From the NCBI GenBank assembly GCA_025594325.1, contig JANHCV010000008.1, forward strand, positions 930,001-994,000: a DNA stretch of 64,000 bases, written 5' to 3'. The translations under genes were made by a program, and so were the position numbers. Source of the DNA: Blastocladiella emersonii ATCC 22665 (lineage: Eukaryota > Fungi > Blastocladiomycota). Shown here in pieces: positions 12,912 through 24,269 of this stretch. The first letter of the stretch is position 1. Every line of letters starts with the position of its first letter. Below the pieces are notes generated by a model. That model was not told the origin of the DNA. It ran no database searches and saw only the letters and a list, made by a program, of their open reading frames with translations.

Positions 12912-15200
12912 TCAGTAGCTAACGGCGCGCCGAATCGCGTTCGCGCCATCATGATCGCCGCGCGCCACGCGCTTGGCAACCGCCTGATCGCGTACGCCTC
13001 GAGGAACGACGCGTGAGAGAACCGCTGGACCGCCCGAAATCGCGCCAAACGCGCGCCAGACCCAGTTGGGCGTGTGCTGGGTCCACGTCACCAAGCGGGC
13101 CATAAAGTCGAGATTGTAGCGCGCGAGAACGGCGAACGTCTGCTTGACGTTTTGCGAGTCCGCATTCTCTTTCTTGGATGCCCTGCCAATCAAGTCGAGA
13201 GTGAAGGTCTGTCTGAGGAACCCGGTAAACGTTCCTGTAGCGAAAATCGATCCCTCGCTTGCAAGCAGCCCGGGAAACAGATTGAGGAACCGCTCCAGAG
13301 CGTCGATTGCGTCTGAGCGGCGCGATCCAAGGTGGCCCCACAAGGAGCGAGGAAGCACAAGATGATTCGATGTTTGCTGCTTCCGGTCAAGCTTTGAAGG
13401 ACTGGACGGATCGATGGCCGCGCGCACCATGGCCGAAGCAAGCAAATCTACACGCTTGCGGCCGTTCAATCCGCCTACAACATCTGCAAGAATCGTTGCG
13501 GTGAAACGTGAGGTCGCGCAAACAGGACGTGAGCTGTTGAGCGAGTCCATCATGGCCGCAGCAAATCGACCAGCTTGAGGGGATACGCCCGCGCGGCGGT
13601 CCACATGGCTGACCCAAGCATTAACGAGATCAAAGGGAGGGGTGTCTGTAACCGTTGAAGCGTCGATCATGTTCACCAGCGACAGATCCGATTCGAGCAG
13701 GGCTGGAAAAGCGTCAGCCAAGGCCTGCTGAACGGGGCGACCAAGCTTGGAAATCAGTGAGCACATGTCAAGCAGTTTGGTCGAGGACACCCTGGCAGCC
13801 AAAGCAATTCCTAGTCGTAATGGGCAGTGAGCAACAGCAATCAATCTAGTTTCCTGGTTGAATACGCGCGTACCGTATGCAAGCGCCTTCTGGACGCCTT
13901 CCGAGCCGAGATGTTCAGTTGCCAGGGCATGGACAATGTCGACTGCGGCCGTTCCAGAAACAGCGAACAAAGCGGAGAAGCCCGCACTTCCAAGAAGCCC
14001 GAGCTTTGCAAACTTGGCGATCGCGCTTAGATCGCCCTTGCGCGCCAAGTCTGCAAGTGCCAAGGCGACAGCGGCGCAGTCCCCAGGGTTCGAACTTGAC
14101 ATGAGGTGCAAGTCGTAATTCTCGATCACGGCGAGCTGAAATGCTCCACCTTGCTCGACGCGGGTGCAAGAGTACCAGCGATGCCCATCACCAAGGGCTG
14201 TTGGCTTCCAGCCGTGTGTCGTAAGCCATTCGAGCACGGGAAGCACAGTTGACGCGGCATCTGCACAACCTGGCATGGTCTCTGCCATCATGTCAGCGAC
14301 AAGGGTGTGAGAAAAAAACTCGACGACGGTGGGCATCGAAATGACCGGGTCGAGGTTGACCAGAAGCTTGAGCGCGGGCAGGTTCCAGGTGGCAGCCGCC
14401 ATGAGAATGAGAGCAAAAATTGGCGACAAAAATCGTCCCGCAATCATGGCGCTGCTTCTCAAGCCCTCGATCAAATCGAGTACCTCGCCATGGTCCATGA
14501 GCCAAAGCGAGAGGAAGCGACGACAGTCCAAACCGCGCTTCTGCAGGACAGGCAGATTCGGTTGCAGGTGAGAGATGCACATGCGAAGCGCGTCGAGATC
14601 GCGAGCTTGAATGAAAAAGAGCGTAAGTATCAGGCCCTCGGGGAACGCACGCACGCGCGACGGCTCCAGGTCCAAGTCGAAGTCGCTGGTCTCAAGCTTG
14701 TGCAGCTGGACGAGAAACTTGTCAATGTCGGCTGGCCCAAAAGGGTGAGCTAGCACATGTTGATGGTCCGGTTTGAAGCACGCTGGGCAGCTTAGATCCG
14801 TGCAGCGCAAGTTTCCTGGGAAAAGCGCTTGGAGGAAGCGGACAAAGCCGTTCCGGAGCGGCTTGTAGGTGTTCGAGCCGGCTTTGGGTGTCTTGCACGA
14901 GGCAGAAGGTGGTTTCAGAGATCCAGAAGTAGCCCCAAGCATACGAAGGATCCACGAACGGTCGTTATTGGTGGTAGTGCGGGAAGCTGGCTTGATCAGG
15001 TTGAAGCAAGAGAACGCCCAGGCCGGGCGCACAACGTTGCCCTTGCTCGGACCGTAGAGCACGCGTGTCGAAGCGGCGACGCAAGCGCGGGGTTTGGCAA
15101 AGATCGCGACCGCTTCGAGGAGCTCGAACGGGAGGTCGCGCAGCGTCGAAGGAGAAGGATCGGCGTCCATCATGCTGGAGCAACAAGGACCTCGATTCAA
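12912..15200 (-). CDS. F-box-like N-terminus plus helical-repeat protein
   Basis: TLRDLPFELLEAV motif near the N-terminus. Paralogue of 15691-17923. Probable 63-nt in-frame intron at 13811-13873 (GTACGC...CTAG). Confidence 0.7.
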   Translation of the reverse strand: MNRGPCCSSMMDADPSPSTLRDLPFELLEAVAIFAKPRACVAASTRVLYGPSKGNVVRPAWAFSCFNLIKPASRTTTNNDRSWILRMLGATSGSLKPPSASCKTPKAGSNTYKPLRNGFVRFLQALFPGNLRCTDLSCPACFKPDHQHVLAHPFGPADIDKFLVQLHKLETSDFDLDLEPSRVRAFPEGLILTLFFIQARDLDALRMCISHLQPNLPVLQKRGLDCRRFLSLWLMDHGEVLDLIEGLRSSAMIAGRFLSPIFALILMAAATWNLPALKLLVNLDPVISMPTVVEFFSHTLVADMMAETMPGCADAASTVLPVLEWLTTHGWKPTALGDGHRWYSCTRVEQGGAFQLAVIENYDLHLMSSSNPGDCAAVALALADLARKGDLSAIAKFAKLGLLGSAGFSALFAVSGTAAVDIVHALATEHLGSEGVQKALAYGTRVFNQETRLIAVAHCPLRLGIALAARVSSTKLLDMCSLISKLGRPVQQALADAFPALLESDLSLVNMIDASTVTDTPPFDLVNAWVSHVDRRAGVSPQAGRFAAAMMDSLNSSRPVCATSRFTATILADVVGGLNGRKRVDLLASAMVRAAIDPSSPSKLDRKQQTSNHLVLPRSLWGHLGSRRSDAIDALERFLNLFPGLLASEGSIFATGTFTGFLRQTFTLDLIGRASKKENADSQNVKQTFAVLARYNLDFMARLVTWTQHTPNWVWRAFGAISGGPAVLSRVVPRGVRDQAVAKRVARGDHDGANAIRRAVSY

Positions 15201-15690
15201 GTAAAAGTATCGGCGCGACTACATGAACGAGGGAGCGGAAGCAAGTGGGGGGTCGGCGCGCGTTCATGCCAGGTTCGCCGTGGACACGGTTCGGACAGCC
15301 CCACGTGTGCTCGTGTGCGGACCGATTCTTCCCCTCATTTCATGGCCCACGTGGTCAAGTTCTCCAAATTCCTCGTCACGCGGGCCAGCCAAGACTCTAA
15401 GGCTTGTAGCAACGGTTGCCCCACCTCATATCGTTGAATGAGAATGCTTCTGGAGGCGTCTAGTTCGAGTCTCATCGAGTATAACTTCGCACATTCATCG
15501 CACATGTACATCTTACAATGATCCTCTTTGAGGCGCAACGGGACGCGTCGCGAAACGTGAGACAATCACGCGTAACTCACATGATCAGTCGGAGACGCGT
15601 TTCAACCGACTCGGCGGGGCGATGATCGCCGAGTTATCAAAAGAATAATGTTATTCGGACCGAAAACCGGGTAGAAATCGCAGGCTTCTC

Positions 15691-17923
15691 TCACCAACGA
15701 CTCGCAAAACGATTTGAGCCACGAGCCGATCGCGGGAAGGCCTGCCCGACCACGCTGGCACCGTTGAAGTTGCCACGCATCATGCGCCCGGACACGATTT
15801 GGTTGCGGAGACTGGGAGATACAAATCGATCGAGCGCATCTTGTCCATCCGGGACCGACTTGAAGGCGCGCCAGATCCAGTCTGGTGTGAGCTGCGACCA
15901 GGTGACCAAGCGCGCCATGAACACGGAGTCGTAGCGCAAGAAGGAGATGAATGTCTGCTGAACGTCAAGCGAGACTGACGAAGAGCCGCGAATCACGGCA
16001 CCCGTAAATGTTTGCGTGACCGCCGCGGCAAACGATGGTGCGACTGGACCAGTCGGCGAAGTTGCAAGAAGTCCTGGAAACAGGCGCAGGAACTGGTCAA
16101 GAGCGCTCGCTTCCGCTGAGTGATGCAAACCGAATCTGAGATTGTCCTGGCCGCGGAATCCCCCAGGAGTACTTGAAGAGCTCGTGAGCTTCGACTCGCT
16201 TGAGGTAATCATGGCTGCACGCACCATGAAAGCGGCAAGCATTCCAGCTCGCTGGCGCCCATCACGCTGTCCATCAGTTGTGGCCAGAATCGTGTCCGCA
16301 AAGTGAGTCCTTGAGCAAACTGGATGAGAGCTGTTCAGTGAGTCCAAGATCTTGACTGCAAGTTTACCAGCGCGATCCGAGATGCTGGTACACTGATCGG
16401 CGTGAGTGACCCATGCTACGACCAAGTCAAACGGCGTATCGGCCGAAGCCGCCGCATTGATCAGAGTCGCGACCGACTGAGTCGATTTCATGAGAGCAGG
16501 AAGCGCATCGACCAGCAGGCGCTGAACGGGGTGGCCAAGATGGGCAATCAACGAGCACGCATGAAGGAGTTGGGTCTGCGAGGAAGTTTTGGCGGCGAGA
16601 AAGATCACTACGAACACACAAGAATGTAAGCGGTTGGGAGGATCGAACATCAACACCTGAGCGCGTACCAGTAACAAGGATTCGGTGGTTCTTGGCCTCG
16701 CCGAGAATATCGCCCGTGAGAGCGTAAATTTGCTCGGCCGTCGTCATATCAGGCGCGGCCAGGAAGAGCTCCGCAAATCCCACGGTATCAATGAGACCAA
16801 GCTTCGCAAACTTGGGAATCCGAGTCAAGTCGCGCTCGCGCATCATAGCGGAGAGCGCCTTGAGCACAGCTCCACGGTCGCCAGCGGTTGGAGAAGTCAT
16901 ATTCGGCAAGTCGCACTTTTCGAGAACAGCAAGCTTGAACGCAGCGCCCTGCACGGCGCAAGTGTGCGAGTACCAACAGTCTCCTAGACGCGTCGAGTCC
17001 CAACCGTTTGCTGTGAGCCAGTCAAGTGTTGGAATAACTGTAGCTACAGCGTCGCGGCGGGTGGCCATGGTTGATGCGAGGAGCAGGGAAACGCTCGGCT
17101 GCGAAAGAAAGTCGATGGCAGCGGCCAGAGAGACTTTGGCGTCGTAACTGACGAGAAGCTCGAGTGCGGGCAGGTTCCAGGCGGCCGCTGCGGCAAGAAG
17201 AAGCGCGAATACCGGCGAACTGTACTTTTGGGTGATATCCGGAGTACCTTGGATCAAGAAGATCGAGTTGAGCGACTGTTTGTGGTCCGTCAGCCAGAGC
17301 GAGAGGAGTTTACGAAAGTCCACGCCACATCGCTTGAGAGTCTGAAGTCTCGGCTTGAGACACGGGAGCGAGTGACGAAGCGCGTCGATGTCATGCGCCT
17401 GGATGAAGAAGAGAATGAGAGCGATGCAGTCGGTGAAAAGCTCGACACACGACGGCCTACGCGTCAGGCTAAAGATCGCCTCGATATCCTCGGCCGTGAA
17501 GGGGTGCGCGAGAGAGGACACCGAGTCACTGGTGAAGCAGCTAGAGCACGCAATGTCCAGGCAGTGCAGCTTTCCTGGAAACAGGTTTTGGAGAAATCGG
17601 ATGGATCGGTTTCGGAACGGGCGAAAGTAACCTCTGCCCGAGAGTCGGGTAACGCATGTGAATGCCGCCGGCCTGGAAGAAGCTTGGCCGATTGAAAGCG
17701 CATCGAGTCCGTGTGAGACGGAGTCGAGACCCTGGGATTCGCGGTTCGGGTCGATGCACGCGATCAGCCATGCCGAATGGACAACTTTGCTCGTCACAGG
17801 GCTGTACAGCACGCGTGAGGCGGCGGCGAAGCAAGCGCGTGGTCCGACCAAGGCGAGGACCGGCTCAAGGACCTCGAGAGGAAGGTCGGCGAACGCCGGC
17901 GGGGGCGCGGCTGCGGCAAGCAT
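15691..17923 (-). CDS. F-box-like N-terminus plus helical-repeat protein (2 exons, about 723 aa)
   Basis: FADLPLEVLEPV motif. A 61-nt intron at 16608-16668 joins ORFs 16427-17923 and 15691-16677 in frame. Collinear with 12912-15200 (AAAWNLPALELLV, LVTWSQLTPDWIWRAF). Confidence 0.75.
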
Positions 17924-18531
17924 GACGGGCGGCCTGGTTGATTGCGCTCAGTTACATGGGCAGTGGGCCTGCGGGGTAGCTCCGTGGGAGAGCGGGAGTG
18001 GACGTCGGCTGCGAAAGCGAACCGAGCGAATGCGTTTTTGCCGCGCCGCACGTGGAGCAGTCGCGACCGGCGCTACACCGCTTCGCTCTCCGCCTTATCG
18101 ATGAACGTGAACCCATGGACCCTGACACCGATGTAACTCGATGCACTTGCGTTTATGCTCTCTTAGGACTCTGGCAGGCGCACCTGGCAGGCGCACCCGG
18201 CCGGTCTTTGGACGGCCCCGTCAGCAGCGACTTGGCTACACGAAGTGGCGGCGCTCGAGCGCACCCTACGCCACTCGTCTCGAACCTTTAAGATTTAGCT
18301 TGCGCGCCTAACCCCTTCACCCTGAGCCCCGACTCAAACTGAACTCGTGGCGCGCGAGCTGACTTGAGGGGGATCGCATTTGGGCAGAGTCGCGACGGCC
18401 GAGCTTCTGCGACTCGTCCGTCCAGCATGAAGACCTTGTCGCACGACTCGTCCAAGCGAGCGTCTTTGTCGCCGGAAACCCCCTCTTCATTTGTAAACGG
18501 CAGTGAGGTGTATTCGTGGCTACAGCGGTCC

Positions 18532-19065
18532 TTACTCAAGCTCAACATAGCGGCTCTCGCTCGACCCAGCACCACCTGTACGCGGGAGCGGGAACGGCGC
18601 GCCGCGCTCGACAAACATGCGCTCGAGCTTCTCTGCCTCGCGATCCGCGTCCGCCGGCGACCCAAACGTCATTTTCGCGAACGTGCGGAACATGTCGAGG
18701 TTGGAGCTGACCATGGCCTCGTACTCGGCCATCTTCGTCAGCGACGTGCGGTACTTGGCCATGTCGGCCGCCGTCGCGCGCTGCGGGCGAATCGAGCCCA
18801 TCTCCTGGCGCATGCGCTGGACGTCGCTCAGCATCGCCTCGAGATTCGAAATCACGTTGAGCACGTCGGCAGGGCTCCCGCTGTGCTTGAAACGCTCGGC
18901 CAAGGATAGGAACTCCTTGGTCCGCCGCCCCAGGTCACCGTGGGCGGCTTCGGCAGCGGAAATCGTCGCGTGGATCTGCGGCGCCGTGGGAGCCGAGGCC
19001 CCGGCGGCCGACCAGCGCTTGGTGCACTTCTTGGCGCTGGATTCGTTCTTTGGGTCGAATCCCAT
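18532..19065 (-). CDS. Small helical/coiled-coil protein of unknown function (177 aa)
   Basis: Clean ORF with ACTTGATGCAAC 12 nt upstream of the ATG. Has an adjacent paralogue. Confidence 0.65.
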   Translation of the reverse strand: MGFDPKNESSAKKCTKRWSAAGASAPTAPQIHATISAAEAAHGDLGRRTKEFLSLAERFKHSGSPADVLNVISNLEAMLSDVQRMRQEMGSIRPQRATAADMAKYRTSLTKMAEYEAMVSSNLDMFRTFAKMTFGSPADADREAEKLERMFVERGAPFPLPRTGGAGSSESRYVELE

Positions 19066-19390
19066 GGTTTACTTTAGTTGCATCAAGTGTGGGCGAGTGG
19101 TGCAGCCGTGAAGGGGTTGCAATGACACTGCGCGAAGGAGAGCTGATCGAATCGCGCATATGCGCGAACAAAAACCGCACACCCAGCCACTCACGTGAGT
19201 GGCGGAATTCTTCGCGTGCTCCGACAGGGCGCGCGCGTATGGGAGGCAACGACGCGCGGGGCGGCAGCGAGCGGCATTGGATCGGTACGCGGTGCAGTAC
19301 AGGTCAATTCATGTATGTGTGGCAATGAGCGGGACTTGATGATGGAGCTCGGCGACACGGCCGCCGCTCGATTATGCACCAGCGCCGTGG

Positions 19391-19837
19391 TCACAGAGAG
19401 CTGGAGCACGGCGGCTTGACCGAGTCGACAGATCCCGCCGCGGGTCCGAACGCCGCCGTGCCCGGGACCGCGTGTAGCAACTTGAGGGCGGAGGTGATCG
19501 AAGCCTCGTACTTGGCGAACTTTGCAATCGATGCGTCGTGCTGCGACATCTGAGCCGTCTTTGCACGCTGAGGCCGTAGCGAGCACAGCTCCTGACCCAT
19601 GAGGGTCGCCGTGCTCCTCTGGTCCAACACCAACAACTTGCGCTTATCCATCTGGCCGCCGCCGCACATGCTCTGGGTAACGAGGGCTATACTCTCTTGG
19701 AGTCGTCGTTCCATGTCGTCGGTGGCCGCGTCGATGCTGGAAAGCACGCCCCAGACGTCAGGCTCGGACGGCAGTGGCCGTGTCGCCCACTTGCGCCTTG
19801 GGCGCGACTTGGTTGCGTTTTTTTAGTTCAAGCCCAT
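19391..19837 (-). pseudogene. Paralogue of 18532-19065 with a premature TAA at codon 5
   Basis: ATG GGC TTG AAC TAA (stop at 19823-19825) is in frame with ORF 19391-19747. QELCSLRPQRA aligns to QEMGSIRPQRA and AKYEASI to AEYEAMV. The same upstream motif lies at 19849-19860. Confidence 0.7.
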
Positions 19838-20023
19838 GGTGTGGTTACGTTGCGTCAAGTTTGAAGTTGCGACTGGTGTCGGTTGATATTGATGAAAGGG
19901 GGGGGGAGAGCCCGCGTAAACGATGCCTCGTTTGAGGCCACCGGTTTGCCCGGGGCATGGATCGCCGCTTGTGGCTCGTTCATCGCGTCTGACTCGAAAG
20001 CCTCTTGATTTCGGTCGCGTCTG

Positions 20024-20035
20024 GATATCATGTGA
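20024..20035 (+). promoter_or_regulatory. Composite upstream motif instance (GTCGCGT-N3-GATATCATGTGA) in a divergent intergenic region
   Basis: Same motif and spacing at 8972, 10910, 22395, 27274 and 36424. Confidence 0.6.
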
Positions 20036-20143
20036 GGTGAGCGTGACTCGGACGAACCTGGGTCGCGCGCCGAAACGCGGATCGTTTGCGCCACGCGACG
20101 AGCCCGGCTCCGCTGCCCCGCACCCCCTTCATGAAGCGACGAA

Positions 20144-21910
20144 ATGAAATTCAATGAAACTCCATGCAATCCTCACGCCGGAGCAGTGTCGACCGCTGGC
20201 GCCTCGCATCGGGGTCCCAACGACTCGCTGCCTTGGCCAGGTGAAATCTCAGCGTGCCTGCCGACCGCACCGGCCGACCGCCGGGCGCTACGCGAGCAGT
20301 CCTTGCTGAAACTTATGAACTTGCGCATTGAACTGATTCGCTTGGTACTACGCCAACGCGAACCCGGCTTGGAACTCGAAAAGCGGCTTAAACTCTCGCA
20401 GCAGCTGTTATGCGCGAAGAACAGCGTGCGTGATCTTCAAAAGGTCGTCGAGTTACTCGAGTTACCCGCCAAGGTCGAAACTGCAACGTCAAGCACCGAT
20501 TTATTGGTTTTTCGCCGCGCTCCCACGGCCAACTTGGGCGCTGCATCACAGCCATCTGCTCGATTGGGCGAGGAGCTCTCTCGCGAGCGAAGATCGCGTG
20601 ACCGCCGACGTTCCCGGTCGCGCTCCCTCTCTCGTGGCCGCAGGGCTTTGCGTAGTCGCCGACGCTCTCCATCTCGCATGCGACGCAGGCGCGGAAGTCG
20701 CGGTGGCTCGGCGTCTCCATCTCGCACGCCACGCGGTCGCTCGCCGTCTCCATCTCGCATGCCACGCGGTCGCTCGCCGTCTCCAGCTCGCTCGCAACGC
20801 GGTCGCTTGCCGTCTCCAGCTCGCTCGCGACGCAGGTGCAGTCGCCCTCGATCTCGTTCACGCAGCCGACCAAGATCTCGCTCACGTTCCCCTCGTCGCA
20901 CGTCGCGATCCAGCAGCGTTTTACCAGCTCGCCACGTGGGTGTTGCCGATTTCGGCACGCTGTTTGACTACATTCGCGAATTTGGGCCGTGCTTCCGGCA
21001 AGTCGGGATGACTCTACGGCCGACCACCAACGACCCGCGCCAGTACATTGAGTGGCTTCGAAAATTCTCTTCCTCGCGCGATTGCCGACCCGCTCCCGTA
21101 TCGCTTGCACTCGCACTGCTCGCATCGAGCTCCAACGTACCGTGGCGCGTCTACTACGTTTACACGGTTTTCCTTCGTACCGACGCGAACGCCAACGAGG
21201 CCGAGCGAATCTTTCTTGACTCGGTCAACCCGGCCGACCCGAAACGGCGCGACTGGGCCGCGCGGTGGCTCAACATCCCGCGTTCGCCGGGCACGCTCGC
21301 CTCTGACTTTTACACCAAGTACCACGCGCTACTTGAAGAAGCCATGCCCGGCCGAGCCGACGACCTCGAGGGCCAATGGGCAATCAAACAAGCCTTTGCC
21401 GAGCGCGTGATAAACTTTGTCGAGCCACGCCCGCAGTACCCGCATGAGATTATCTGGCGCCCGTCGGGCACCGTCAAGCACATGATCGAGGCCCTCCGCG
21501 ACGCCGTGTTTGCCAACAACACCTTGACCCGCGAATACGGCCTGCCCGTTCAGGGCAAGGTCGGGTGCTGGTTTTGCACCGGCTTCGTCGATCTGTGCCC
21601 GCCGTCCAGCCGCGTCCACCCGCGCAACTCGTGCCCGCTCATCGTCCACCCGTACGCGCTATCCGAGGCGCTTGTCGCGGCCATGCGCGCCGCGGATATC
21701 GACTGGCGACAGTACCAGCGGGAAGCGCCGTACCCCGATGCTGCGCTCATGCGCGCATTTGCGCGAATCAGCCGCCGACCGAGCTCGTCGTCCGCCATCA
21801 AAACGGGCCGGGCGATCGTCAAGGGGGTAAATAAGATGGGGCGGCAGCTCATTGGGCGGTTGCTCAGCTTGGTGGGGCCGACCATTGATGAGCTCTGGGA
21901 TAAACGATAA
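20144..21910 (+). CDS. Gag-like capsid / zinc-knuckle protein with RS tract (588 aa, subfamily I)
   Basis: LLKLMNLRIELI, 30-bp-unit RGRSPSP repeats, DWAARWLNIPRSPG...FYTKY, CWFC-x13-HPRNSC. Confidence 0.85.
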   Translation: MKFNETPCNPHAGAVSTAGASHRGPNDSLPWPGEISACLPTAPADRRALREQSLLKLMNLRIELIRLVLRQREPGLELEKRLKLSQQLLCAKNSVRDLQKVVELLELPAKVETATSSTDLLVFRRAPTANLGAASQPSARLGEELSRERRSRDRRRSRSRSLSRGRRALRSRRRSPSRMRRRRGSRGGSASPSRTPRGRSPSPSRMPRGRSPSPARSQRGRLPSPARSRRRCSRPRSRSRSRPRSRSRSPRRTSRSSSVLPARHVGVADFGTLFDYIREFGPCFRQVGMTLRPTTNDPRQYIEWLRKFSSSRDCRPAPVSLALALLASSSNVPWRVYYVYTVFLRTDANANEAERIFLDSVNPADPKRRDWAARWLNIPRSPGTLASDFYTKYHALLEEAMPGRADDLEGQWAIKQAFAERVINFVEPRPQYPHEIIWRPSGTVKHMIEALRDAVFANNTLTREYGLPVQGKVGCWFCTGFVDLCPPSSRVHPRNSCPLIVHPYALSEALVAAMRAADIDWRQYQREAPYPDAALMRAFARISRRPSSSSAIKTGRAIVKGVNKMGRQLIGRLLSLVGPTIDELWDKR

Positions 21911-22394
21911 CAGAAACACTTTTGACTGATAGCACCTCCAACGAGCAACGGGATACTTAAGTGAGACGCGTCCCAATGCATGGGAGCCTAGTTCCCTTCC
22001 GTGAAGGCCCCCGCTCTTGCGCGCACGCGTGTAACCACACGAGCGAACTTGGCCTTGGTCGGGTGCGATTTAAATGCGTGTTGGTCGAATCCCTGAAACG
22101 GCGCATCTGCGGACGTTGCCAGCCCGCGTTCAATAACTAATCAACGCGGCGACGGCCTTCCGAGGAGAGCGTACCCTTTTGACTTGATTTGCTTGTTTTG
22201 TCGCTCTCGCCGGAGAAGCGTGGAAAGCATGTTTTGAGCGGCGAGTCAGATTTCTACCAAGGTGAGCTCGCATTTTGGTCTGGGTTTCTGGTTCTTAGTA
22301 AGCGCGGCTTCACGAAGACGGAGAGTGGGGGTCTTGCGCGGAAGAGTCGGCAGTCACGGTGAGTTTGCGATTCGCGAGCTGAGACAAACCGTCC

Positions 22395-22416
22395 GACGCG
22401 TTCCGATATCATGTGA
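22395..22416 (+). promoter_or_regulatory. Composite upstream motif GACGCGT-TCC-GATATCATGTGA
   Basis: Exact match to the consensus, about 100 bp before ACTCGATGCAAA (22515). This implies the true start is probably an ATG near 22499-22506 rather than 22413. Confidence 0.65.
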
Positions 22417-24269
22417 CCTCGGCGGGCGTCGGAAACTGGTCTCGGTTCGCTCGTTTGCAGCGTCGGCGATTCGCACTCCCGCCGCCCCATAAGACGTGGA
22501 TGAAAATGAATGTAACTCGATGCAAACAGCTTGCCGGGCCTGGGGGATCACACTTCGCACCTTTGTTCCGACCCTTGTCGCCACCCGATGAACCGTCTCA
22601 GCCAGTCCACGCGGGTGCGGCCGACCGGCGGGCCCGGCAGGAAAGTTTCTTGCTAGACCTTATGAACCTTCGTTTGCAGTCAATCCAGTCAGCTTTGCGT
22701 GCCCGTGACCCCGCCGCTGCATGCGACGAACCTGGTGACGCACAACACTTGCCTGTGTGCGAGATTGACGCCATAGAAGGTCTCGTCGACCCATTAAAGA
22801 AACCCTTTTGCCTGCTTTCAAGAGCGACTGCTTCGTCGGAGACGAGCGCCTCAGTCGAAAAACATCCTTGCTCACCTGCTTCTGCCACTCAAGACCACCC
22901 ACCTTCGGCCCCGGAACAAGCCTCTTCACCATATCGTCGGCAATCTCGCGATCTACCGAGGACTCGCACCCGCGGTAAGCGCTCGTCTCGCAGTCGAACG
23001 CGCTCGCGGTCTCCCGTGCGCCCTTTGCACGACCGGCGACGGTACTACCGTTCCCGCTCTCACTCCCGCTCTCGTTCCCGTTCTCGTTCGCGCTCCCGCT
23101 CTATTAACCGCCGGACACGCCGACCACGCTCCCGCTCTATTGAGGGGCGGGCGCGCCGACCACGCTCCCGTTCCCGCTCCCGCTCCCACTCGATTGATCG
23201 GCAGGCGCGCCGATCGCGTTCTTGCTCTCGTTCTCAACCTGCACCGGGCCACTTGCGTTCTCTCGCTCGCCCTGATAGCTTGAAACCGGTCAACCAGCTG
23301 TCTACAAATGGCTTCCGTGTCCTCTTCCACCACGTGCGCGACCGCGGTCCCTACCTCTGGCAGGCCAAACTTGCCTCAAAGTCCGCGACCGATCACCCGC
23401 GCGAGTTCCTTGCCATGCTTCGCCAAATCGCTTCGTCGCGAGAATGCGTCCCGCGTCCCGTCACCTTGGCGCTTGCGTTGCTCGCGGCCAGCTCGAACGT
23501 CCCGTGGCGAGTCTATCACGTTTACTCGGTGTTCCTCCGCCGCGACATGTCGGACGAGGAGGCCAAGCGCGTCTTTCTCGATTCGGTCGATCCCGCTGAC
23601 CTGGCGAGCCGCGACTGGGCTGCGCGGTGGCTCAACTTGCTCCGTCCAGCGGGCGGCTTGGTTTCCGATTTCTACGCACGGTTTCACGCGCTGCTCGAGG
23701 AGGCTGTCCCTGGTGGCTCGGACGCGCTTGAGGCGACGTGGCCGATCAAGCTTGCCTTCACCGAGCGAATTCTTCACCGAACGGACTCGCGACCAGACCG
23801 CTTGCATAATATTCTTTGGAACGAGTCCGGCACGGTCAGGGATATGGTGGACGTAGTCTTTAGCGGCGTTGAATTTCCTGCGGAACGCGGCCGTGCCGCG
23901 CGCCCAAGGCGTCAAGGGTGCTGGCTCTGCCTCGAGTTCGTCGACCTTTGCCCTCCGTCCAGCCGTCAGCACCCTGACAACTCGTGCCCGCTTCTCATGC
24001 ATCCGCGTGCCGTGTCCGAAGCGATCGCCGGCGCGATGCGCGCGGCCGGGATCGATTGGTCGCGGTACAAGCGCAGCGCAACGCATGACGAGGCTGCACT
24101 TGGCCAGGTGTTTGCTCGACTCAATGTCGTAGCGACTGGCCGGGAACCGCCAGCCGTACGTGTGGGACAAGCTGCTTTCAGTGCGATGTTCCGCCTTGGG
24201 CGCAGGATTCGCGATCGGGTGCTCAGCTTGATTGTGCCGGTCCTCGACCGAGAGTGGAGTATTGAATAG
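22413..24269 (+). CDS. Gag-like capsid / zinc-knuckle protein with RS tract (subfamily I)
   Basis: LLDLMNLRLQSI, long RSRSRS tract, DWAARWLNLLRP, CWLC-x13-HPDNSC. Close paralogue of 20144 and 27379. Confidence 0.85.
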   Translation: MTSAGVGNWSRFARLQRRRFALPPPHKTWMKMNVTRCKQLAGPGGSHFAPLFRPLSPPDEPSQPVHAGAADRRARQESFLLDLMNLRLQSIQSALRARDPAAACDEPGDAQHLPVCEIDAIEGLVDPLKKPFCLLSRATASSETSASVEKHPCSPASATQDHPPSAPEQASSPYRRQSRDLPRTRTRGKRSSRSRTRSRSPVRPLHDRRRYYRSRSHSRSRSRSRSRSRSINRRTRRPRSRSIEGRARRPRSRSRSRSHSIDRQARRSRSCSRSQPAPGHLRSLARPDSLKPVNQLSTNGFRVLFHHVRDRGPYLWQAKLASKSATDHPREFLAMLRQIASSRECVPRPVTLALALLAASSNVPWRVYHVYSVFLRRDMSDEEAKRVFLDSVDPADLASRDWAARWLNLLRPAGGLVSDFYARFHALLEEAVPGGSDALEATWPIKLAFTERILHRTDSRPDRLHNILWNESGTVRDMVDVVFSGVEFPAERGRAARPRRQGCWLCLEFVDLCPPSSRQHPDNSCPLLMHPRAVSEAIAGAMRAAGIDWSRYKRSATHDEAALGQVFARLNVVATGREPPAVRVGQAAFSAMFRLGRRIRDRVLSLIVPVLDREWSIE

